64,000 nt of DNA from Candidatus Pacearchaeota archaeon (GTDB lineage Archaea > Nanobdellota > Nanobdellia > Pacearchaeales > GW2011-AR1), in contig JAWCQE010000001.1 in NCBI GenBank assembly GCA_038869895.1, positions 121,879 to 185,878 on the forward strand. Direction: 5' to 3'. The notes below the pieces were generated by a model that did not search any database, was not told where the DNA came from, and saw only the letters and a program-made list of their open reading frames with translations. The position numbers and the translations under genes are program-made. Below, in pieces: positions 56,023-64,000 of the stretch (its first letter is position 1; each line of letters opens with the position of its first letter).

Positions 56023-57897
56023 TTATTTTAATCTTAACGTTTCTAAATTTCTCGGAACATTTGTTTCAATTCTTTCTATCTTGTAGATAGAACTTGCTAA
56101 GTCTAAGCATTTTGAAGCCTCTCCATGATTTATTATGACTCTTTTTGGTTTTGGGCGACAATTTTTAATAAAGTTTAGAAGTTCTGTTCTTCCTGCATGG
56201 GCGGAAAATCCAGAAATTGTGTAAGGTTCAAGATTTATTGGAATAACTTCTCCTTCATCTGTTTTCCATTCTTTTAGCCCTTCTTGTATTTGCCTTCCTA
56301 GAGAGCCAACTCCTTGATAGCAGACAAAAACAAGAGAATTATTTTTGTTTGATGCAAAATTTTTGAGGTATTCAACACTTGCGCCTCCAACAAGCATTCC
56401 ACTTGTCGCAAGGACAATACAAGGGCCGCCTTCAATCACTTCTTTTCTTTCTTGTGAAGAGCCAACTCTCTTAAATATATCTGATACAAATGGATTTTTA
56501 TCTTGGAAAACTAAATTCTTTACGCTATTGGATAAAAAATCTGGATAAGCTGTATGAATTGCATTAATATCCCAAATCATGCCATCAATATAAACAGGAA
56601 TTTCTTGGAGTTTTCCTGAACGTATAGCGTCTTCTAAAATAAGCATTGTTTCTTGAGCCCTTCCTAATCCTAGTTCTGGAATTAAAATTTTTCCTCCGCG
56701 ATCAATTGTTTTTTTGATAATTTCAAGAAGATAGTTTTCTGATTCAATTCTTGAAGGCATCACATCATTTTTTCCGCCATAAGTCGATTCTATAATTATT
56801 GTTTCTACCCTAGGAAAATTTGTTACAGCTTGGTCTAAGAGCCTTGTTTTTTGGTATTTTATATCAGCTCCATAAATTAAATTATGTGCCCCATTACCTA
56901 TATTTATATGTGTCATTGCGCTTCCAAGAGCATGTCCTGCATTATAAAATGTTATTCTTATGTCTGGAGTTACATCTGTTACTTCATTGTAATTTAACAC
57001 TATTGAGTGTTTTACCATTTCTTTTATATCTGTTGAACTGAAAAGGGGAGTAGTGGCCTGCTTGTAAGCAACACCAATAAAATCTAATCCCAATAGGGCT
57101 GCAATATCTCTCGTTGGATGAGTCATATAAGTTGGGCCCTTATAACCCATCTTGTAAAGATATGGTATTAAAGCGCAATGATCAAGGTGGGCATGACTTA
57201 AGATTACAGCATCAATCGTTGAAATGTCAAATTCAGGAATGTCAAAATAAGGAAATTTTTCTTTCCCATATGCAGCAACATCAATTCCACAATCTAAAAG
57301 TATTTTTGACATTTGTGTCTGCAAAAGCAAACAACTTCTTCCAACCTGCCTTCCACTTCCAAGAAAAGTAAGTCTTATCCAACATTCTTTTTTTTCAGAA
57401 TTCCAATCTTTGTAGATTTTTTTACCTATTTCATCAAGAAATTTTCTTCTATAGTTATTGTTTGCATATAAAACACTCCTTATATTATCAGTAATTTTGC
57501 TTGGTATTGAAGAACTTCTTTGAACATAAGGGGACCAATAAGTTTTTTCTTTTATCTCTTGAAGGACAGTTCCCTGCTTTCCTATAACCAGTCCAGGTTT
57601 TTTTGCTTCTATGACAACAACAGCCCTTTTTGAATCAAAAAGAATATTCATTACTTCTGCTTCTTCGGGAATTGTTTTTTTGATAATTTCTTCGGTTTTT
57701 TCTTGTGATTCAAGAATTTTTTCATCTGCCCTAAGTTCTATTCTTTTTTTAAATTTGTTGACGAGTTCTTTTATTTTAGCTTCTCCAGTACGAAAAAATT
57801 CTGCATTGTCAGTATATAATACAATATTTGCAGCTTCAAATCCAGCGTCAACAATAACTTTTGGAAGTGAGTCAGTTATTTCTTTTAAAATATCCAT
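56023..57897 (-). CDS. aCPSF1: KH-domain + metallo-beta-lactamase + beta-CASP ribonuclease (archaeal transcription termination factor FttA)
   Basis: The N-terminal KH-type segments include ...LVIGKQGTVLQEIK.... The MBL motif HAHLDH is present, and the beta-CASP and C-terminal motifs include ...SGFSAHAG... . The size is ~624 aa. Confidence 0.9.
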   Translation of the reverse strand: MDILKEITDSLPKVIVDAGFEAANIVLYTDNAEFFRTGEAKIKELVNKFKKRIELRADEKILESQEKTEEIIKKTIPEEAEVMNILFDSKRAVVVIEAKKPGLVIGKQGTVLQEIKEKTYWSPYVQRSSSIPSKITDNIRSVLYANNNYRRKFLDEIGKKIYKDWNSEKKECWIRLTFLGSGRQVGRSCLLLQTQMSKILLDCGIDVAAYGKEKFPYFDIPEFDISTIDAVILSHAHLDHCALIPYLYKMGYKGPTYMTHPTRDIAALLGLDFIGVAYKQATTPLFSSTDIKEMVKHSIVLNYNEVTDVTPDIRITFYNAGHALGSAMTHINIGNGAHNLIYGADIKYQKTRLLDQAVTNFPRVETIIIESTYGGKNDVMPSRIESENYLLEIIKKTIDRGGKILIPELGLGRAQETMLILEDAIRSGKLQEIPVYIDGMIWDINAIHTAYPDFLSNSVKNLVFQDKNPFVSDIFKRVGSSQERKEVIEGGPCIVLATSGMLVGGASVEYLKNFASNKNNSLVFVCYQGVGSLGRQIQEGLKEWKTDEGEVIPINLEPYTISGFSAHAGRTELLNFIKNCRPKPKRVIINHGEASKCLDLASSIYKIERIETNVPRNLETLRLK

Positions 57898-57911
57898 TTT
57901 ATCTTAGAATA

Positions 57912-58571
57912 TTATTTCCTTTCTACAAAAGCTGACTGAATGTCTTGCGCAATAACGTGGGTTATCCCATCTTTTGTTATTGTAAATACGTCTATTCCGT
58001 TTCCAGAGCCAGTATCTCTTTCCATAGAAGATTTTATACATTCTTGGGCAAGTTCGATTCCTTCTTTTACACTCATATCTTTTTTATATCTTCTTTCCAA
58101 TAACCCAAGAATATATGGCATTCCACTTGAGAAATTTGCATCATAATCCTCAACAGGATAAACCCCTCCAGCAGGTTCAACAGTATAAAGTGCAGTAGAA
58201 CCATCTGGATTAATACCAGCAACAAGAAGTCCAACAATACTTGGCACCATTGATGGAGTCCTTATATTTCTATATATTATCATGCCCGCCAACGAAGCTG
58301 ATTCTTTTACATTAGGACGTTGTCTTGACCTTAATTCTTTTAACTTAAGTTCAGCAGCGAGAACTCTTTGATTCATGTCAATATCTGATGCTATTCCAGT
58401 TCCTGAGATGACTATATATTCATTAATTTTCACAACTTTTGGAGAACGTTTAGAGAGAACTATTCCTCCAGCAGTAGAACGCCTGTCTCCTGCCATAACT
58501 ATTCCATCTTTACATACAATTCCTACAATACTTGTTCCAGATTTTAGAACAGATTTTTTAATATCATCCAT
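57912..58571 (-). CDS. psmB: Proteasome beta subunit
   Basis: A short propeptide precedes G|TSIVGIVCKDGIVMAGDRR... (catalytic Thr context). The fold pattern is Ntn-hydrolase-like throughout. Confidence 0.9.
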   Translation of the reverse strand: MDDIKKSVLKSGTSIVGIVCKDGIVMAGDRRSTAGGIVLSKRSPKVVKINEYIVISGTGIASDIDMNQRVLAAELKLKELRSRQRPNVKESASLAGMIIYRNIRTPSMVPSIVGLLVAGINPDGSTALYTVEPAGGVYPVEDYDANFSSGMPYILGLLERRYKKDMSVKEGIELAQECIKSSMERDTGSGNGIDVFTITKDGITHVIAQDIQSAFVERK

Positions 58572-58702
58572 TTTATTATTTTGCTCAATAAAACACTGAG
58601 AATTTATATTAGTATATATAAGATATTTATAAATCTTTCGTTTATGGATTCTGAGTTTTATACGTATTTATAATTTAATCACCTTATACAATTTAAGGAA
58701 AA

Positions 58703-60745
58703 TTATGAGATAACTTTTGTTGTCAGATTGTCTTTTTTTAATTTTATAATATGGTCTACGAAGGATTCCATTTTTTGGTCATGGGAAACTATAATTAATT
58801 GATTAACGTCAAGTTGTTTAAGAACATCCCTCATTTTATCAAGTTGTTGCTGAGAAAATCCTTCTGTCGGCTCATCTAAAATTACAATTCCTTTTGTTTT
58901 TATCTCACTTAACATTGAGTTTATTGTTTGATTTAATGCAAGCCTATATGCAAGAGCAATTGCTGTTCTTTCTCCTCCAGAGAGATAGGAGTAATCAAGT
59001 TCATAATCTTGTTGTTCAATTATCGGAGTAAAAGAATCATCAAGTTTTACATTGAAAATATCCGGTACTAAAATACTAAACCAATCATTGAACAATTTTG
59101 AAAATTCGTTCTTTAATTTTATCATTACTCTTTTTTCAATAGATGAAATAAGTTCTAAGAAATCGTTTGAAAGCCAGTTTTCAAGTTCATTTAAATATAT
59201 AATTTTTTCCTTTATTTTATCTTTTTCGAAAATTTCCCTTTCAATCTTTTCAATCTCTATTTTTCCAATCTCAATCTCTTTTAATATTTTAGCCTTATTT
59301 ATTTCTAATTCCTTTTCCTTAGATAAAATCTCATTAAATTCGTTTAATTTTATTTCCATTGAAGCGTCAAATTTCTTCATTGAACTTACCATTTCTTTAA
59401 GAGTTTTAATTTGTTCTTCAAGAATTAAAATATCTTTTTTAAGCAATTCAATTTGTTTTTCAATTTCATTTTTTTTAATTTTATCCTCTTCAATTGATTG
59501 GATTTTTATTTTTATCTCATGGAGTATTAACTTTTTATTCTCGAGTTTTTTAAGTTCCTCTGATATTGCTAAAAATTCATTTTCGTATTTATTCCTTTCA
59601 TTTTCAAAATTTGCTTTTTCCAAATCAATATTTAAAATTTCATTTTCGATTTTTGATAAAATAGATTTTTTATGTTTTTCAGAAACTTCTTGAAGGCATG
59701 TCGGGCAAGTTTTAAGATGAGATATTCTTTCTTTAAGCGATGAAAGTTCTTTGATTTTTGATGATATTAATGATATTTTAAGCAATATTTCATTCAAATT
59801 TATGCTAACTTTATCTTTTGAGTTTTTGATTTTTTCAATTTCATTGTTCAGTAAATTAAATCCAATATTGTCGAAATAAGAAGCACTTTTTATTTTTTCG
59901 TTAATCGAATAACTCTCTTTTTGTAGTCTTAAAAGATTTTCTTTTTTAGTTCCAAGAAGTATAGTTGTCTTTTCTATTTCATTGTCATACTTTCTTTTTT
60001 CTTCAATTTTCTCTTTAATTTCGTTTATTTCTGATTGCTTGTCTAATTTTTTTAATAAAATATCTGCGAGACTTTTTTCAATCAAAGGAATAGATTCTTT
60101 TATTTTTTCTAGAATTTTTTTTCTTTCATCTATTTTTAATTTCATTATTTCTAAATCAGAAACCTCTGCTTGTTTAAATCTTATTTTTTCCCTCAATTTT
60201 GATATTAATATCTCGTTGTTTTCTTTTATCCTTTTATATTTATTAATTCCGAAAACATGTCTTAATGTATTAAGCCTAGATTCAGGATCTTCAAGTATTA
60301 TTTGTTTCATATTTTCTTGCGGAGTATAAACTGTAAATCTATAAAGCATATTTGTTCTTTTTGCAAATTCCAAAGGATAGTTTAATTTTTGTAATACAAA
60401 GTTTTTCATTTCTGTTATTGACTTTTCTTCAGATTTTCCATTGACAATTACAAAAGAATATTCTTGAGATACTGTTTTTTTTCTTTTTAGGGCCCTTTTT
60501 AAAATTATCTTTTCTCCTTCTATTTCGATTTCAAGTTCTACAAAACCTTCGTCAGAATCTTTCCTTAACAATGACGCTCCTTTTTGTCCTGGTTGGAGCC
60601 CAAAGAGAGCAAATTCTATGGCAAGTAAAATAGACGTCTTTCCAACACCAATATCTCCGGATAGTAAGACACTTCCCATTGGAAAAGTTATTTCTTCATT
60701 TTCATAACTTCTTATATTTCTCATTTTTATTTTTTTAAAAATCAT
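58703..60745 (-). CDS. rad50: DNA double-strand break repair ATPase Rad50 (short, 680 aa)
   Basis: Walker A is GDIGVGKTS. Long coiled coils carry a central zinc hook, LKTCPTCLQ (CxxC). The signature motif is LSGGERTAIALA and Walker B is IVILDEPTEG. Confidence 0.9.
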   Translation of the reverse strand: MIFKKIKMRNIRSYENEEITFPMGSVLLSGDIGVGKTSILLAIEFALFGLQPGQKGASLLRKDSDEGFVELEIEIEGEKIILKRALKRKKTVSQEYSFVIVNGKSEEKSITEMKNFVLQKLNYPLEFAKRTNMLYRFTVYTPQENMKQIILEDPESRLNTLRHVFGINKYKRIKENNEILISKLREKIRFKQAEVSDLEIMKLKIDERKKILEKIKESIPLIEKSLADILLKKLDKQSEINEIKEKIEEKRKYDNEIEKTTILLGTKKENLLRLQKESYSINEKIKSASYFDNIGFNLLNNEIEKIKNSKDKVSINLNEILLKISLISSKIKELSSLKERISHLKTCPTCLQEVSEKHKKSILSKIENEILNIDLEKANFENERNKYENEFLAISEELKKLENKKLILHEIKIKIQSIEEDKIKKNEIEKQIELLKKDILILEEQIKTLKEMVSSMKKFDASMEIKLNEFNEILSKEKELEINKAKILKEIEIGKIEIEKIEREIFEKDKIKEKIIYLNELENWLSNDFLELISSIEKRVMIKLKNEFSKLFNDWFSILVPDIFNVKLDDSFTPIIEQQDYELDYSYLSGGERTAIALAYRLALNQTINSMLSEIKTKGIVILDEPTEGFSQQQLDKMRDVLKQLDVNQLIIVSHDQKMESFVDHIIKLKKDNLTTKVIS

Positions 60746-60747
60746 TT

Positions 60748-61908
60748 TTAAAAATCAATTATAGTTTTAACTTCTTCTAAAAGTCTTTCCTCAAAAATCT
60801 GATTTTTTTCATCTTCATTTTTTTCAATAGCGAGGGCTTTTAATATCAATAGAGCTTTTTCAGAAAATTTAGATTTATTTTTCTCAAAATATTCTTTAAT
60901 TAAAACATTTTCAACTTTATTCATGTCTATATCAATAAATTCTATATTTGATTCTTCTGTCATAAGTTTTGATGTATTTCTCACTACAACGTAGGCTCCA
61001 TTTTCTTTTATAAACGACTCAATTTCATTAAATTTTATGTCTGAAATCCTACCATTTTGCAGATTTCCCTCGAGTCTTAATAGAATTATTTTATCTTTTA
61101 AATCATATTTTGAAATTTCTGAAATTATTTTCTCAGTGCCTTTAACCGAATTTTCAATTTTAATATTGATGGTTAAAACTTCTTTTAATTTTATAGGAAT
61201 TGTTTTCCTTTTTACAATTCCTCCCAAAACTTCAACTACCTGAAACCTTCCATACCTTAGTTCCTCAAGTTCTTCAAAATTGTTTGGAAATAATGGTCCT
61301 GAGTAAGCGATGTTTGTTTTTCCAAAGTCAACATGCAAATGGCCTAATGCATAATAATCTGCTTTTGGAAGTTCATCTAAAGATATTGAATTCATTTCAA
61401 TATCCCCAATTGCTTCTTTTAAAGCAGTATGTAACATAAATATTTTGAAGAAACCTGGAGAATCTTGAAGTTTAACTCTTTTTAATCCATTAATTTCAAG
61501 TCCAGATTTCATTCCGGGATATCCATAAAGAGAATAATTTTTGTATATTGTTGGATGAAGAATTATTTTGTTGTCTCTTTCCTCACCGGAGAATACATTT
61601 TTGCAGAATCCAGCATGTTCAAGCACATCGAGAAATGTCTTTCCTGAAACGCTGTAATCATGACTTCCAGCAATTATGAAACAAGGAATGTTTGCATCGT
61701 GTAATTTTTTGAATTCCTTAAAAACTCTTTTTAATATTTCTATTGGTGGGTAAGCTGAATCAAAAATATCTCCAGCCATTAAAACCATGTCGACTTTTTC
61801 CTTTATAGCAAAATCAAGAGCTATTGAGAAAGATTGCATATTTATTTCTTGAAGTTCTGGATAGCGCCAGCTTCCTAAGTGGCAGTCTCCTGTATGCAAG
61901 AATTTCAT
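60748..61908 (-). CDS. mre11: DNA double-strand break repair nuclease Mre11
   Basis: The phosphoesterase motifs are HTGDCHLG, AGDIFDS, GSHD and GHLH. The gene lies immediately upstream of rad50. Confidence 0.9.
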   Translation of the reverse strand: MKFLHTGDCHLGSWRYPELQEINMQSFSIALDFAIKEKVDMVLMAGDIFDSAYPPIEILKRVFKEFKKLHDANIPCFIIAGSHDYSVSGKTFLDVLEHAGFCKNVFSGEERDNKIILHPTIYKNYSLYGYPGMKSGLEINGLKRVKLQDSPGFFKIFMLHTALKEAIGDIEMNSISLDELPKADYYALGHLHVDFGKTNIAYSGPLFPNNFEELEELRYGRFQVVEVLGGIVKRKTIPIKLKEVLTINIKIENSVKGTEKIISEISKYDLKDKIILLRLEGNLQNGRISDIKFNEIESFIKENGAYVVVRNTSKLMTEESNIEFIDIDMNKVENVLIKEYFEKNKSKFSEKALLILKALAIEKNEDEKNQIFEERLLEEVKTIIDF

Positions 61909-61930
61909 ATTCGCAGAAGATAGTTAAATT

Positions 61931-62488
61931 TTATAAAGATTGTTGCATTATTTCCCAAACAAATAATTCCTCAAAAAACAATTTTTTGCTGGAAATTTTA
62001 TTAACTTTCAAGTTTTTTTGTTTTGCTATTTTAATCCACTTGTTATTTGGGGTATGGGAAGATGTGATTAATAATGAAAATCCTTTTGGAGTTAAATGTT
62101 CTTTTAAATCTTGAATGAAATTTATTATTGTTTCGTCTCCAATTTTCCCACCAGTTATATCTAATTCTTTGTCAAATTTATGTTCAGGAAGGTATGGCGG
62201 ATTAAAAATAATCAAATCATATTTTTCATAAATTTTTTCGAACAAATTTGATTTTCTTGTCTTGATTCCTAACTTTTTGACTTCATTTAATGCTTCTTGA
62301 TTTATATCGCTTGCAGTTATATTATTTTTTTTTATTCCATTCTCTAATAGGGTTTTTGACTGAATTCCAGAACCTGTCCCTAAATCTAGTATTTTAATGT
62401 TTTTATTTTTTATTTTTTTTATAACCGCATCTGCAAGAATAAATGAATCATCTGAAGGGATGTAAAAAGTATCTTGCATGTTATCCAA
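61931..62488 (-). CDS. HemK/PrmC-related (Mtq2-like) SAM-dependent methyltransferase
   Basis: The SAM-binding motif is ILDLGTGSGIQS and the substrate motif is IIFNPPYLP. The size is ~185 aa. Confidence 0.75.
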   Translation of the reverse strand: MDNMQDTFYIPSDDSFILADAVIKKIKNKNIKILDLGTGSGIQSKTLLENGIKKNNITASDINQEALNEVKKLGIKTRKSNLFEKIYEKYDLIIFNPPYLPEHKFDKELDITGGKIGDETIINFIQDLKEHLTPKGFSLLITSSHTPNNKWIKIAKQKNLKVNKISSKKLFFEELFVWEIMQQSL

Positions 62489-62855
62489 TTATATTTTTAA
62501 AAAAATCAACTAGTTGTTCTTTAAATAATATAGAAATAATTAAAAAACCAACAAGAACAAGAAGAATAAATATTAGGAAAACTAATAAAAAAGGAAATTT
62601 TTTTTCTTTATTTATTTTATGAGATTGATTTTGAGCAGGCGTTCTAATATTTTGAAGATTTTGTTGTTGCGGATTTACTTGCAGATAATTTTGAATGTTC
62701 TGCCTAATATTAGGTGTTCCAAGTAGGTAGTTTGTAGCTTCATCGATATCGTTTTGAGAATACCCCGAATTTAAGAGAGTTTGTTTTGCCTGTTGTAAAG
62801 AATATCCTCTTTCAACGGCATTTTTTAATCCAGCAATAATATCTATTCTTACCAT
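62481..62855 (-). CDS. Hypothetical protein: small N-terminal helical domain, Q/N-rich linker, C-terminal TM helix
   Basis: The ATG at 62855 gives MVRIDIIAGLKNAVERGYSLQQAKQTLLNSGYSQNDIDEATNYL; the track start is a TTG. The TM helix is FPFLLVFLIFILLVLVGFLIISI. Confidence 0.4.
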   Translation of the reverse strand: MVRIDIIAGLKNAVERGYSLQQAKQTLLNSGYSQNDIDEATNYLLGTPNIRQNIQNYLQVNPQQQNLQNIRTPAQNQSHKINKEKKFPFLLVFLIFILLVLVGFLIISILFKEQLVDFFKNIIG

Positions 62856-62942
62856 TTTATTTAATAACAAGTGTAGTTAATAAAGTTTGTTTTTATAGAA
62901 CCAAAGCGCAATGGTTAAAAATACGGCAATCTTAAAGAAAAT

Positions 62943-64000
62943 ATGACAAAAATAGGACTTGAAATTCATGGTTATTTAAATACAAAAGAGAAATTATTTT
63001 GTCAATGTAGGAATTTTCAAAGTGAAAAAGAAAATGTAGCTATTTGTCCTATTTGCACGGGCCAGCCAGGAAGCAAACCAATGTTGCCAAATTCAGAAGC
63101 GATTAAAAAATCCATTCAGATAGCTCTTATGGTAGATGCAAAAATAAATACTATAGAAAATGGAAAAAAACTTGTATGGCAAAGAAAGCATTATGACTGG
63201 CCGGATTTGCCAAAAGGATATCAGAATACTCTTTCTGGGACTTATGCATTTCCCATTGGTGAAAATGGGAGATTTTTAGGTATAAAAATTAAAGAATTAC
63301 ATTTAGAGGAAGACCCGGCTGCGTGGAATCCAGAGACAGGATTTATTGATTACAACCGGAGTGGGAGTCCTTTAATTGAAATTGTGACAGAGCCTGATTT
63401 TAAATCAAGTGATGAAGTTAAGGAATGGATAAAAAAATTGATAATAACTTTCTCTTATATAAAAGCAATAAATAAAAAAGCCGGTATAAAAGCTGATGTC
63501 AATATAAGCTTTGAGGATACTAAAATAAAAACAGAAAGAACAGAAGTAAAAAATATTAATTCAATAAAAGAAATAAGCAAAGTAATAGATTATGAGATTA
63601 GAAGGCATAAAAGAGAATTTCCAAAATTAAGAGAAACAAGAAGATGGAATGTTGAAGAAGGAAAAACAGAACTTATGAGACAGAAAGAAAGCCATGCTGA
63701 TTATCGTTTCATAAATGATCCTGATCTCCCAATTATTAAAATAACTAACATTAAAGTTGAAAAGATAAAAAGTTCACTTCCTGAAACTCCGCAGGAAAAA
63801 TTAAGTAAATTAATAAAAAAATATAAAATTTCAAGAGAACACGCAGAAACCTTATCAAAAAATCTTGATATTGTAGAATTTTTTGAAGGAGTTGCGAAAA
63901 AAATAAACCCAGAATTCGCACTTCCTTGGATAAACGTTGAACTCCTTAGAGTTTTAAATTACAATAAAAAAACTCTTGACGAAGTTTCAATAGAAATAAA
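62943..64000 (+). CDS. gatB: Asp/Glu-tRNA amidotransferase subunit B (GatB), 3' end outside the window
   Basis: The frame is open from the ATG at 62943 to the window end. It carries GLEIHGYLNT..KLFCQC, ICPICTGQPGSKPMLN-type, RKHYDWPDLPKGYQNT and SGSPLIEIVTEPD. The YxxPDLPKGYQ motif favours GatB over GatE. Confidence 0.85.
   Translation, partial: MTKIGLEIHGYLNTKEKLFCQCRNFQSEKENVAICPICTGQPGSKPMLPNSEAIKKSIQIALMVDAKINTIENGKKLVWQRKHYDWPDLPKGYQNTLSGTYAFPIGENGRFLGIKIKELHLEEDPAAWNPETGFIDYNRSGSPLIEIVTEPDFKSSDEVKEWIKKLIITFSYIKAINKKAGIKADVNISFEDTKIKTERTEVKNINSIKEISKVIDYEIRRHKREFPKLRETRRWNVEEGKTELMRQKESHADYRFINDPDLPIIKITNIKVEKIKSSLPETPQEKLSKLIKKYKISREHAETLSKNLDIVEFFEGVAKKINPEFALPWINVELLRVLNYNKKTLDEVSIEI

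Noticed and set aside
59052-59693. Long antisense ORFs rich in S/F/I/L. Examples are 59052-59693 and 59982-60329 opposite rad50, 7644-8264 opposite ftsY, 1332-1943 opposite the KaiC-like gene, and 34179-34907 opposite the surface protein.
   Set aside because: They mirror Lys/Glu/Asn-rich genuine genes on the other strand. AAR/GAR codons read as YTT/YTC on the antisense strand, which gives stop-free low-complexity frames. No motifs are present.

Overview
This is a strongly AT-rich archaeal chromosome segment. The archaeal assignment rests on information-processing genes: S17e, eL43, eL40, P0/P1, aIF5A, Spt5, SecE, RpoP, aCPSF1, EndA, Alba, a proteasome beta subunit, Mre11-Rad50, and FtsZ with SepF. 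The small genes, an unlinked 23S rRNA and a very small archaeosortase-like protein suggest a DPANN-type (Pace-/Woesearchaeota-like) lineage; this is inference and was not tested. I found about 70 protein genes, one 23S rRNA with no adjacent 16S or 5S, and four tRNAs: Met-CAT, Ala-GGC, Ser-TGA and Pro-TGG. I saw no CRISPR array, transposase or integrase. About half the window (1-7 kb and 12-35 kb) encodes cell-envelope proteins. (i) A Tad/Epd-like pilus locus holds two T2SS-F platform proteins, a KaiC/FlaH-like ATPase and five prepilin-like proteins, one an 820-aa vWA protein. (ii) A tandemly duplicated module pairs a prepilin-like protein with giant Cys-rich envelope proteins. It is present once fused (about 1300 aa) and once split exactly at the homologous junction (618 + 694 aa). 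I do not recognise this family, and it is my best candidate for an undescribed system. (iii) A further operon encodes four prepilin-like proteins. (iv) A candidate S-layer gene lies downstream of two copies of a 23-bp palindromic operator and a divergent HTH regulator. (v) An archaeosortase-like protein sits next to a surface protein with a C-terminal TM-plus-basic sorting tail. All calls rest on reading the translated ORFs and motifs by eye. No alignments, HMM searches or composition statistics were run.
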